Shown in pieces: positions 39,401 through 46,065 of a DNA stretch of 57,795 nt. Below the pieces are notes generated by a model. That model was not told where the DNA came from. It did no database searches and saw only the letters and a list, made by a program, of their open reading frames with translations. The position numbers were made by a program, and so were the translations under genes. The DNA is from a virus (Duplodnaviria > Caudoviricetes): positions 1 to 57,795 of IMG/VR virus record IMGVR_UViG_3300031857_000216. One strand, 5' to 3'. How positions within the stretch are numbered: the first letter of the stretch is position 1; each line of letters begins with the position of its first letter.

Positions 39401-42400
39401 CAAACTCCTCAAGCGGAAGACCAGGGGCGGGTGCCTCGGTTCCAAGAGGGTCGATCTTGCTGAGAGTGAAGTTCTTCTTGTCGCCGTTCTGGTCGATGGC
39501 CTCAAGGTTGCGGTTGCCGTTCTTGGGGTTTGTCCAGATGCGAAGTGGCTGAACCTCGCGGTCCTTGCCGTTGTAGCTGAAGCGGACCTTGCTGCCGTTT
39601 GCAACCGCGTCGGCGACCTGCGAGATGATGTCACCTCGTGGGTCGATATCAACGGAACCCGCGACCTCGGGAGCTACGTCTTCAGGCTCCGGCTCAAGTG
39701 GCTCGATCTTGTTGATCGTGAATGTGCGATCTCCCTGATCAAGGGCGCTGAAGCCCTTGATGTTGACGTTGCCGTTCTTCTCATTGACGGTGACCGACTC
39801 AGGGCGAACGACGCGCTCCTTGCCGCCGTAGTTGAACGTGATGAGCTCGCCATTGGCGATGGCCTTTTCGGCAATCTCCTGAATCTGCTCAGGAGTCATG
39901 CCCTCCTCGACGCGGTTCGTCTTCATGCTCCTAGGCGCCTCGGGCGCTGCTGGCGTTTCTGCCGGTGGAGCGCTCTCGATGTCAAGACCAAGACGAGATG
40001 CCGCATCAGACGGGACGTTGGGATCGATCCCAAGCTTCTCAAGAACCTGGCGCTTCTCGTCATCTGTAAGATTCGCCGCCTTGAGCGTATCCCTGAAGCG
40101 CTCGACGCTAGCGCGGCCGGACGACCACGCTCCGTAGTCGTCGGAGTAGTCGTAGTAGAAGTCAGCGCTCCGAAGCTTGGCGGCAACCTCATCGACGGCG
40201 AAGTCGCGGTCGTTCTCAAACGTGCGCGCCTCGACCTCGCTGGCCCTAGCCTCAGCCTCGGCTGCCGCTGCCTTCTCTGCCATGCGCGGCCTGACGTCCT
40301 TGTCGAGGATTCCGTTCACGATGGAGAGATCGTCAGGGTCCTGGTACAGCTGCGCCTCTCCGAATGCGTCGGCAAGCTCGGAGAGCTGCTCCTCACTTAG
40401 GTCAGCGTCAACGATGCGGTCAACAACCTCTTCGACAGACGGGTACTTAATCCTGGTGTCTGGGCGACCCACCGCGCCGAAGAGTTCTCTGCCAAGGGTG
40501 CTGGGGAGGTTGATGGGGTCAGCCGGGTCGCCTTCAGCGTTGAACACCGGCCTAGGGCGCTGCTCGTAGCCTTCAAACGCCCTGTCGATGTCGTTGTACC
40601 CAAGATTGACGGACCTGCGGTCGCCGTTGCTGTCGATGATCGTGCCGGTGATCCTCTGCGGACTGACGTCTGTGGGTTCAAAGAGAACGTTTTCTCCGTC
40701 AACACTGAACCTGGCTAGGTCGCCGTCATTCTTAATCTTCTTGAACTGATCACTAAGCGGCTCGTTGAAGTCTACGTCGACCGTGGCCTTGTCCTCGCCC
40801 TGCGCGATGACGTCTTCGATGATCGGCTCGAGCGCCTGCTCCCACGAGTCGTACGGACCGCCAAGCACTTCTTTGGCCTCGGAGCCATTGTTCGATCCGC
40901 GATACGCGCTGAATCGGTGCTCACCCGTCTCCGGGTCGACGAACTCGACGACGGAGTGCTTACCGTCTGGAGAGACGTATTCTGCGTAGGTGCTGTACGG
41001 TTGGAAAACATTGGAGTCTTGAACAAAGGCAGCCTCGCCATACTTTGTCCAACCCTCTGGTCCCTTGTTCTTAGGAAGAAGAGTCTTGGGGTCCTTTGCC
41101 GCTCGCGCGCGGTCGGCGGCAACAACCTCGAGTGCCTCGTCGAAGCTTTCGAGATTGCGACCAAGTGTGTGCTCTCTATCTGCTCCGCGCACGGAGACGC
41201 CGAACACCGGCGGGTCGCTCGTCAGCACCTCTTCGATGCTATACGCAGACTCGTCGGGGTTGGACGAGCGATGCGTCCGCTGAAGCACCACTCCATCGCC
41301 GCGGGTCACCGACGGGACGGACGACCAGTCGTCGGGGTTGCTTTCCTGCGCTGCAGCCTCTTCATCGGTCGGAGTGCGGAGGTCGCGCTGCGTATCGCGA
41401 TAGGAGTCAGCAGTCGCGCGCGCTGCCTCCCTGCGCGATTGGCGCGTCGGTGCCGGAGCGGGTCGGCTTACGTCAACCCTTTCGTCTACCTCAAGACCCT
41501 CGGCCTCCTTGAGAGACGCGCGGTACGCGTCTTGGTCACCGAGAGCCGCGCGCTGAACGTCTGCCCATCCCCTGGCTGTCGCTACCTTTTCGCCAACCGA
41601 GTTGTCGGCAGGGTTTGCGCGGTGAAGCGACAGCTCGCCGTTCGGCTCCTCGATCACGTAGTAGCCGTCGTCAGATCTCCACATTCCCGGCCCGTCTGTG
41701 ATGGGTCGAGCCCTAAACCAACCCTCCGGCTCTCCTGCCTTCTTTCTCGCGAGGTCATCCTGGTTCAGCGCGGCTCGGCGGCGAGCGCCGAACACGCCTG
41801 TTCGGGGAAGATTCGCCACGGCCTTGTCGCTAAGAACGGCGCGAATCGCGTCTCCGGAGCTCGAAGGTACGACGTAGATTCCGTCTGGAAGATCGCGGTC
41901 GCCCTTAACCTCTACCTGAATGCCGTCCCCCTGTGCGCCGCCGGACGTTCCGACGACGCGGCCGCTGACGGTTCTAAACAACCCGCTAAGGGTCTTCATC
42001 GGGAACGAGAAGCCGCCGCCCATGTACGCGAATCGACCCTTGCGGTCGCGGCGCTGAAGCTGAGCCCTCGCCCTACGCGCGGCCTCGGAGTTTCCGCCAA
42101 GGCCAAAGCCACCGACGGCGACAATCGGGTCAACCGACGCGGTCAGCGGTACAAGCCCCGCATCGAGAGCCGCAAGTCGCGCGAACGCGTGGCGACGCTC
42201 AATCGACCCAGGCATCGCCGCGTGAGCGGCGGCAACGAGCGGGCGCACCTCATCGGCGACGCGCTCATCGGCGGCGATCCACCTGGCGCGCGCGTCACGA
42301 AGAGCAGCGGCGGTCATTGCGTGCGGGCGGGTTGACGCGGGGTGGCCAACCGTAAGTAGATCGGAGTTCTGTGCCGACGCCGTCGTGACCTTGTTCCTCG

Positions 42401-42635
42401 ACGCAAGCGTGATGTGAGCCGATACGGCGCGAAGAGCCGAGAACACTCGGGCATCGGGATCGCTATGGCGCGTCTTGCGTAGGTCGCGGTTGGCGACCTC
42501 GATCGCGACGGCGACAGGGACCTTGCGCTCAGGGAGCAGGTAGACGTTCGAGCGCTCAAGCAGCCCAAGAATCTCTGCGCGAAGCTTCGCGGAGTGATTA
42601 CGCGTGAACTGCTTTCTGATGTTCTTCTTCTTCAC
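27483..42635 (-). CDS. giant 5050-aa polyvalent protein: WYL-like domains, 3 ADP-ribosyltransferase-like domains, PI3/4K/HipA-like kinase, DEDDh exonuclease, Nudix hydrolase
   Basis: Single uninterrupted ORF. ART motifs LYRG/STS/ExE; kinase GSNPGG...YYVK..NEVLA..DAWLANYD; exonuclease VFDYETTG..HN..FD..H.A.AD; Nudix W..PGG..EE.G; WYL F.Y.GK.R.V.P. Confidence 0.9.
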   Translation of the reverse strand: MKKKNIRKQFTRNHSAKLRAEILGLLERSNVYLLPERKVPVAVAIEVANRDLRKTRHSDPDARVFSALRAVSAHITLASRNKVTTASAQNSDLLTVGHPASTRPHAMTAAALRDARARWIAADERVADEVRPLVAAAHAAMPGSIERRHAFARLAALDAGLVPLTASVDPIVAVGGFGLGGNSEAARRARAQLQRRDRKGRFAYMGGGFSFPMKTLSGLFRTVSGRVVGTSGGAQGDGIQVEVKGDRDLPDGIYVVPSSSGDAIRAVLSDKAVANLPRTGVFGARRRAALNQDDLARKKAGEPEGWFRARPITDGPGMWRSDDGYYVIEEPNGELSLHRANPADNSVGEKVATARGWADVQRAALGDQDAYRASLKEAEGLEVDERVDVSRPAPAPTRQSRREAARATADSYRDTQRDLRTPTDEEAAAQESNPDDWSSVPSVTRGDGVVLQRTHRSSNPDESAYSIEEVLTSDPPVFGVSVRGADREHTLGRNLESFDEALEVVAADRARAAKDPKTLLPKNKGPEGWTKYGEAAFVQDSNVFQPYSTYAEYVSPDGKHSVVEFVDPETGEHRFSAYRGSNNGSEAKEVLGGPYDSWEQALEPIIEDVIAQGEDKATVDVDFNEPLSDQFKKIKNDGDLARFSVDGENVLFEPTDVSPQRITGTIIDSNGDRRSVNLGYNDIDRAFEGYEQRPRPVFNAEGDPADPINLPSTLGRELFGAVGRPDTRIKYPSVEEVVDRIVDADLSEEQLSELADAFGEAQLYQDPDDLSIVNGILDKDVRPRMAEKAAAAEAEARASEVEARTFENDRDFAVDEVAAKLRSADFYYDYSDDYGAWSSGRASVERFRDTLKAANLTDDEKRQVLEKLGIDPNVPSDAASRLGLDIESAPPAETPAAPEAPRSMKTNRVEEGMTPEQIQEIAEKAIANGELITFNYGGKERVVRPESVTVNEKNGNVNIKGFSALDQGDRTFTINKIEPLEPEPEDVAPEVAGSVDIDPRGDIISQVADAVANGSKVRFSYNGKDREVQPLRIWTNPKNGNRNLEAIDQNGDKKNFTLSKIDPLGTEAPAPGLPLEEFDLSSYVVPGELEDRGRSLYDIGDNRALYSYLVDGLGVESDSKIARDLTTDRRDGDVDEATAVQNAFDYLRDLDNSPPKIGAPAEGVADNVRETNATFREMISNDPGFASYVRRPENSGKPARELIDGYNAGAPVEYWTTRPADPDTEMFQPRGNRLYAVVKDDDGKYYVERYEGTEDGWQGVGEYHRDSFESADEAKRWAENHFRTSKIDEIESNPDLANIVDLTLTERGKRAYDSRGDVGLADFLVDEGIYEDGHPTIEALRREGMKRVGDPTYDVDPSDRVFDQLREMDNERLASRTSVPYIPTTAEQFEQAETEFFSRGSGGLADYLVWEGFYPERDQLIQDLREEGLKPLNEQIDDDDSVARRVLADFERAMEAINDPANWELNPEGDLPGEDKWIYTGPVGDYGTYGYRPKSPPDSVAGRFGDWRPDADGTLRLTGEGVYYTVDQDEDGNFFHIQHSTDKVTGEPVERISSNRYASERDAKLSAEDELRRMGPGAPGEPPAGGPGGPGPRKMDEAEIKEYDYLFETPDGGYKLNIFDNYLPKGRTDEVSPDYTDDPLGLSKYTREELTLALADAVLPRRGDEATGYGMVEFEEGDEAVPAEALYDALRMLGEDPERILAVIYDSGLGGTENTRRYDSRAADMRLLDQADDQLLPSTKVPKGDSTDESDQWRRGKGLSDRMRRVFEQIDGYQETNPTMVSLADELNRAFDDDVFEFGESLDLVLDGYLPLAYSDDAEEREAFAGLWGMLLSLDGGSSDRYDYSDPNGFRGRLFNALVKYHSARGTEGSPGETYEEFLDEYGDFSDFVRNRGLIAGGERGLDDTGAAGAFMRLIKQMSRTNTQPLYRVVPVSPDDTELFNLYTTEGSIISFDPRPFSTTDSTGGRAVDAMTFAPDDPRHHRVVFVAPPGTINSVDVTPVSWFTGENENLSFGQLEVASVRRQPSGLGYADEIIVELRKPERREEPADVDVDAGPELPPIQLETIDTTGWTKTGGQAGSNPGGFYQAPDGSGYYVKTPKSRSHLDNEVLASVLYEALGVPAAKVRPGTDDGKDRIVSILIPDADTADFEERVMRGDEAYLDKIRKYFAIDAWLANYDVTGTGYDNIVTDANGDPVRVDPGGALMWRAQGRPKDSFGDEVLEIDSMRDEDVNWYSGSVFGSMTDDDVRESVKLLLNISPSQIDELVDNIVTNPDDAALLKERLKNRRRYLLERFGVEDTTELDEPELIETGYAAQDLKPGDVTLGDSFVIESVFRDEATPKGKVSVQGYFPGHESQRKEWNENTVIDARRGGVTPPKGDAPALHRPKAPRRPDEPAFQGRIADVVAGAKDWAEIKRAIAAREIVVFDYETTGFDPGNTNKPVQLGAVRMLNGEVVDRFNIFMDPREALGEWSRANLKDADGDSLSDEYLAQQTGMGEAHAAFLEWAGPDAILAAHNMPFDRGVFERALADASIDYEPGGYIDTLVLARTLLERRSASNPDGPAGHRLPQLLEHYGIDLENWHTADADAEGTGGLLASLLDDAPSKPDADTRLDSLKGQRDRYDEKKAEYDAALERHRDEVARYEMDKAIAAAWNCGGGGVNASGLVAAVGDDDCLVPSLDDLIDAATVKPGELSDPEAVTSGEVDSEDAPSTSSIPDETPEADGVDRTEFTPGEGVSAEQKTFDVQKRFEEASEFAESIIDPETTNFKKPSVRKAIEKVIDDFNEVRRAYESGEIDDVEAVERLTAILDDMPKISGTGEDAVDADVLSDYINEVRVTLNEQRYNRPIGDALPPPELTERGWSRDGEFIVPGMRVRDKWGFIGTVLRYSKNGWHNVFVRRDDHEPNEYLSKGTRTLTVVKDDDDQRLWIYNPNIPMGKRPANWEELVTPEERAEIDAADAAEKKAKKAAAKAAAKKKGDDDGEGPVGVKEPEAPDSGGGGEAGEPEAGTTEALRENVEEKAKESKSKKKDPLEKVAKEILDQAGDFPGPRDEVISELIGAYISSGAIKPRDVERVIELLDELQVPKGDAPSGATPTPEVIDEELRSSALAPLAKVKKAEKILTNGELKMEPDEKRSVRIGDANISVDVWRIGNERRIAFGVPDKERSNVGYGQSWRRDDPEDVVDLDFELDDDVDLLPINPYVIAGLDYDSEEGKETAIKFADAVAHLMEDAYRDESFGGPQQVAPYVSALLYAGSRGDGDAMAEFERLASLGRESADERKAQSRREKQEFLEESGNKQITDGRLAEVTTEQLMLTHETSFEPEYDDEGNVLLRPSGDWIQEDEIGRYAYGRGTIHFALNHVVAGHMLRTGHEDKPRWIIVSGLQPTIDRNPDSLDNLLVVDTFMSPAPGQPLVLPKDSVRVLKIEPGTSQDEVDRMYSDALKELGGVNPGDREKAIAYWMNLMGVDRETAISRFGEQIDETANRNALVFEGGEQYSPTQGADALAAKLAMELGVESSLHADHGSYANEQVIDETNKAFAPTASQLSDMSPNAIARLASHGMWKGSELNFSDETDPFSPQPGIDESTLSDVDPDLQTAPVSGADEVEKMLLEMRESYGPSLFDEIPVLEEEYGLPDVLQEYVEDGYQQINSDLRRHDGVPKNSKDEVAVMDRYYDLHPTTTQDVILYRGVHGTKDSEYIDMLEDAEVGDLFVEHAFTSTSTDASATLPFVEGEYSFEAVSRGLIVEIVLPAGSHALDMERLADSNLEEKEILIDRGTTFRVVSKVEYPDGGVARMRVAVVGQRRKTEAPTTDETPAPQPDVEEVAPDGDGGDGGGTWRGYKISQDEDGVYSADNISVSDVYDLRAGVLTPPMLPFFAPVNGGTADPDDGEGYYFAIDGKRYWGRYGAAGALIRSAEINQYTGSHTYLLARRAPGISGGGGKWAYPGGAHKDRLNSKDTTGITAREEFLEEMGAMIEGLDLIGTHVFEPSTGWAYTTQIFKADPSLLSPNIDLEKADGENTQYGWFTADEINLMREQGVLHPDFARSAASIFLAATSDDDEATDSVDAGDDPFLQIAPLSTAGAAQDKFASAYDEAEFGVDRGDPDIDFDDLPLAESYTALENYTDTDYMGINTHLRGGDITDIHYVETPDELANLREKADDLVADLDRLFEAAPTTPVDLVLHRGIHSDYAREIADYPVGAVFHDLGYSSTSLSPSTGEQFSRYGDDDDKFGLVLEIAVPAGTRGVSVNQTLGSLSSLTSEHEILLDRGTTFRVVSKVTDSNGVVKRVRIAVVGQDNKKDSDSTVDVVDDKPVVIEPTGRPRFEPETTKSLSSKPFGGSTDVPSLMDVVDRVINKDGDKMPVLASAIDAGDIEDLEVRAMTIVTPSGERMLRLRFKLTPWAGSDLAIAASDDAEWEVRDRYLAPTTSVDDEGNIVISERFFASFSTGGGAATAVYSYLDDDTDADITLVRSTTDPSLTSIASQSEARLPGPNAYHNMVTIDVPIDKVDGADAPEVIARLLEKAGVRSPRPAEEQDMRVFIENRLISLLVGINDPANNVIEQDRRDDLLGQIKSRYGIGPEDLKVVVDSSGLVRYIMPEDFVFDMMERTDTGFFIHTMTADRWTAASDYTALYGEEITLSEAQDWMIKNLVAALVGPEHGGFGALLSTTSRTLEGIPVSGMSSKTDISSGGADYVYLSPRKGFKTIADPMYGSMTIIFDAANIYERSDLYANSTDQFGSRTPKGGYQMGVYSETLPFMYETMIKGRVGIDAAVGVVVSSEIRDDLLEELRRRGVTEINGVPIEEFIKLSEDSQNASRKVRLNALDTRYYEKRLKDPSGPSDDIFENSIEEIGLIKLPELYELSNYASHDAVLYNTFLDFATGSRLRYRTAPIGSRVYARVEGNGNLLIVHPDGRLYEYRPSVDYDDAVPGIPPSPRQIGIDEAIEIYKQLAERGMSGNLYGYTPLGVVMGPGAYSGGFEGAIKQARLYLENDAITSGSTSLIDLINRVEDKFEADVMALVFRLIMDLEKEGRTDLIDKIRKRIAQEFVPPSVV

Positions 42636-42638
42636 GGC

Positions 42639-43727
42639 TTAGTTGCTCTTCCTATGCGGCAGCAAATCTGCATCTTGACTACTGTATACCGATGTCGCGA
42701 GCTCAAGAGCTCGACTAAATGGATCCTCACGAGCGTCTACGGCGCGCAGCCACGCGGCCTTCAGCGCAGGAACGACCTCGTAGCCAAGACCGGAGTACTC
42801 GGCCATCGCAACGATCGCGTGCTCGGGCGACTCGTACTCAGACTCGTCGAGAATCTCGACCTCAAGTTCGAGATTCGCGGCGGCAGACGCGGAGGCGGTG
42901 ACTCCAGACTTGCCGCGAGACGACCTGGGATGAGCAGCGGGTAGCAGGTCGTTGTCCTGCTTGTAGTTCGGGTTGGCCGGGCGGCCGCTGCGGAGGAGGC
43001 GCAGGTACGCGTTGACGCGCGCCATCGCCCACTGGTCACGGGTCTTGCCCGGGCGATGCGAGCTTGAGTACGCACCGGCGCCGCGGCGATACACCGCCTT
43101 GAGCATCGCGAGCGTCGCCTTGCGCCCTGCCGGAGCCTTTTCGTTGTGCTCCTTGACCTTGTTCTTGAGGGCAGTCTCGGTCTTCTCGGAGAAGACGATC
43201 TTCTTTCCTCCGGCGGCCGAGCCTGGCTTGTTTCTCTTTGAACCGTAGATGCGGTCCTTCTTGGGTGCGCGACGCGACGCGGCTGCTACGAGCATCATAA
43301 GTCCATCCCTGCAACCGCAGTTGCATGTCTCGGGGCAGTTGCATCTATCAAACGAGCACCTACACCCGCCGGCGCACATCGGGCACGATACCGCCTCGAT
43401 GATCTTGTTGTATTGCGAGACGATGCCGTCAGGGATCAGCGCGAAACGGCAGGCGCCCATTGGTTCTACCTCGTCAACGATGATCTTGCACGTGCTGCCT
43501 CCCGCGTACAGGATGCAGTTCGCGCAGTTGACGCCCTTGTGGGCGTTTTCATTCTTGCTTGCCGGCGTGTATCCGGCCCAGACTCCTGTGTCGTCTGAGT
43601 TGAACTTGCCGTATTTCTGGGTGATCTCAATGAGCGCCGCGCCAAGCTCGCGCTCCTCGGGGACGAGCACGGCGGCGATGAGGCCTTCAACCGCCTGCCG
43701 CGCCTGGGAGTGTTGCGTATCGCTCAT
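42639..43727 (-). CDS. multidomain Cys-rich head-module protein
   Basis: CANC..Y...C...GACRF, a Cys cluster CPMCAGGCRCSFDRCNCPETCNCGC, and a basic domain AVYRRG.GAY..RPG...QWAMARVN. Start probably ATG 43727. Confidence 0.75.
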   Translation of the reverse strand: MSDTQHSQARQAVEGLIAAVLVPEERELGAALIEITQKYGKFNSDDTGVWAGYTPASKNENAHKGVNCANCILYAGGSTCKIIVDEVEPMGACRFALIPDGIVSQYNKIIEAVSCPMCAGGCRCSFDRCNCPETCNCGCRDGLMMLVAAASRRAPKKDRIYGSKRNKPGSAAGGKKIVFSEKTETALKNKVKEHNEKAPAGRKATLAMLKAVYRRGAGAYSSSHRPGKTRDQWAMARVNAYLRLLRSGRPANPNYKQDNDLLPAAHPRSSRGKSGVTASASAAANLELEVEILDESEYESPEHAIVAMAEYSGLGYEVVPALKAAWLRAVDAREDPFSRALELATSVYSSQDADLLPHRKSN

Positions 43728-43747
43728 TGCGTGCCTACCTAGGTGAC

Positions 43748-44236
43748 TCAGACGACGCCGGTGTTGAACAGGTATGACCGGAGCTGCCAGTCCCACTTCT
43801 TGTGCATGCCGTCACGTGACGCCATGAAGTCGGCGATTCCCTGCTCGTCAGCGGCGTCGGCGGCCTTGAAGCAGTCGTTGATACTCTGAATCATCACCGT
43901 GTTTGCCTGAAGAAGATCGATGAGCATGGCCTTGGCGTCGCAGCCGCAGTCCATGTCCTCGATCGACGTGAGGCGCGCGAACTCAACGAGACGATGAGGC
44001 GCGTTGAAGCCAAGCTTCAGCATGTTCTCGGCAGTTTCGTCAATCATGCCGTAGACGTCCTCGTAGATCGTCCCAAAGAAGTCGTGAAACTGCGAGAAGA
44101 GCATTCCCTTGACGTTCCAGTGATGACCCTGCGCCTTAAAGCTGAGGTTGACGGCGTTGGCAAGAACCTCGGCAAGAGCCTCGGCAACCTCGCGCTTTGC
44201 GCCCTCCTTTAGGTCGATCATATATTCCATGCCCAT
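43748..44236 (-). CDS. dps: Dps family DNA-protecting mini-ferritin
   Basis: HHWNVKG..F..FH..F...Y......DE.AE signature; C-terminal HKKW.WQL. Confidence 0.9.
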   Translation of the reverse strand: MGMEYMIDLKEGAKREVAEALAEVLANAVNLSFKAQGHHWNVKGMLFSQFHDFFGTIYEDVYGMIDETAENMLKLGFNAPHRLVEFARLTSIEDMDCGCDAKAMLIDLLQANTVMIQSINDCFKAADAADEQGIADFMASRDGMHKKWDWQLRSYLFNTGVV

Positions 44237-44242
44237 GACTAC

Positions 44243-46027
44243 TTACTCCTGTGGTGGCGTCACTGGTGGCGTCGTTGGTTCGATCAGGTTCGGAGGAGCC
44301 GTGGGCTCCGCGAGCGGTGGTGCGACTGTTGGTTCCGCCAACTCTGGCGGTGCCTCGGATGATTGTACATCGCCGGCAGGAGCCCCACTCGGGGGCACTC
44401 CCTGAAGCATCTGCGCAATCTCGGGCGGAACCGGTGCGACGCTGTTCGCCTGCTGCGCGGCGCGCGTTGCGGCGATGATGTCCGGCGCAATCGCGCCAAT
44501 GACCGCCTCGGTGAGCTCGGGCGTGATCGCGCCCTTTTCGATGACCATACGAAGCGCAACCTCGTCCGGCGACGGCGCGTCGGCCTCGCTGAATCCGTGC
44601 AGGCGGCGCCAGGTTCCGTAGCTGATCGCGCCCTTTTCAAAGCCGGCGTCGGCGTCCGACGCGCGGTCGTTGCGGGTCGCAACCTGGCTTGGGTCGTACC
44701 AAACGACGATGCGGTTGACGTCGCTCTCCGGGAATCCCGCGGCCTTGAGGTACGGGCGGAGGTAGACGATTGTCAGCGCGTCGGCGATGAGCAGCATCAG
44801 CGGCTCGATGTGCGACTTGTAGAGCGACTCGTCAATCTGCATCGCGTTGGAGTACTTGACGTTCGCAAGTCCGGTGACGATATCCTTCGGAACGTCGAGT
44901 CCCTGGAGGATGCGCTCGAGGACGCGATCCGAGCGCTCGGCGAGCGAGGGGTCGAAGCTGCGCTCAAACTTGAACTGCTTGATCTTGTCGCCAAGCTCGG
45001 CAGGACCGCGAATGATCAGCGGAACAACCGCGGATGCCGAGTCCTCGTCGCGGATCGGCGTGGTCATCGCGTCGATGAGCTGATCCTCGAACTCGTCGGC
45101 GCTCTCCTCGGGAGTAAGCCCCGGCTCGAGATCGTTCGCCTCGTCGTAGGGATAGTCCGGATCCGGAGACGCGGCGACGCTAAGACCATCGGGCAGGTAT
45201 AGGGCTCCGGCGTTGAGGCGCGACCGCGCCGTGGCGCGGAACGTCCTATTGAGGAGCAGAAGCTCGGCGCAGAGGTCGAGCAGACCGCGCAGCGAGGAAT
45301 CCGCCTCGTCGGAGAAGCGAGGGTGCGCGCGCCAGATGCGGCCAACGAATGCTCCTCCAGGAAGCGGAATCAACCCGCGCTGGTTGCCGCTGGATCCGGA
45401 GTTGCCACCGGGTAGGAAGTCACGGCGCGGTGCGATTGCGTAGTTGTTCTTGGCGTCGATCTGAACCTCGTCAACCGAGCGAATGTCCCAGGACTCAGGA
45501 AGACCCGTGCCCTTGCGCTCCGGCATCTGAACGAGGTAGCACTCTCCGGTAACGGAGAGGTTGAGGGCCGCGTCGCGAAGAAGACCGGCCTGGCCGCCAT
45601 ACGCCGAGTCAAGTCGCGAGAGGGCGCGCTCGGCTGCGCCAGACAGCGCCTGGTCAATCGTTGAGGACGCGCGAACGGAGACCGGCGTCTCGGCCGGGTT
45701 GTCAACGACCGCGGCGTAGAGGCGGATGCGGGAGACGACCGACGCAACGAGGTTGAACGCATACTTGATCTCGCCGATGGCGTCGTAGTACTCCCACGCC
45801 TCGGTCTGCCACGCCGAGCTGCTGGACGAGCGGCGCTGCTTGAAGTACTCGGCCTCGCCCTTATCGTTGAGCTGAACACGAGCCGCGGCGGCGGTCAGAG
45901 CACGAGGAGTGGAGAAAACTGCCGACGATGCCTGTGCGTAGACGCCGTAGGGAACGTCGATGACGCGAGACGACGGGTTCACCGTTCGTCGTGTCGGCTT
46001 TGCTGGTTCTCGGCGGAAAACGCCCAC
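44243..46027 (-). CDS. portal protein (cluster B actinophage-like)
   Basis: WQTEAW.YYD.IGE..YA, LSVTGECY, RIWR.HP....ADS, RSRLNAG and ASAVVP. Pro-rich tail. Position after the terminase. Confidence 0.85.
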   Translation of the reverse strand: MGVFRREPAKPTRRTVNPSSRVIDVPYGVYAQASSAVFSTPRALTAAAARVQLNDKGEAEYFKQRRSSSSSAWQTEAWEYYDAIGEIKYAFNLVASVVSRIRLYAAVVDNPAETPVSVRASSTIDQALSGAAERALSRLDSAYGGQAGLLRDAALNLSVTGECYLVQMPERKGTGLPESWDIRSVDEVQIDAKNNYAIAPRRDFLPGGNSGSSGNQRGLIPLPGGAFVGRIWRAHPRFSDEADSSLRGLLDLCAELLLLNRTFRATARSRLNAGALYLPDGLSVAASPDPDYPYDEANDLEPGLTPEESADEFEDQLIDAMTTPIRDEDSASAVVPLIIRGPAELGDKIKQFKFERSFDPSLAERSDRVLERILQGLDVPKDIVTGLANVKYSNAMQIDESLYKSHIEPLMLLIADALTIVYLRPYLKAAGFPESDVNRIVVWYDPSQVATRNDRASDADAGFEKGAISYGTWRRLHGFSEADAPSPDEVALRMVIEKGAITPELTEAVIGAIAPDIIAATRAAQQANSVAPVPPEIAQMLQGVPPSGAPAGDVQSSEAPPELAEPTVAPPLAEPTAPPNLIEPTTPPVTPPQE

Positions 46028-46065
46028 TTACTTCTCCTCGTGTCTCTTGGAACGGAGTTGATCAA

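Noticed and set aside
19701-42335. Long plus-strand ORFs (19701-21068, 34893-36860, 40917-42335 and others)
   Set aside because: Antisense shadows of GC-rich minus-strand genes, with no recognisable motifs or RBS.
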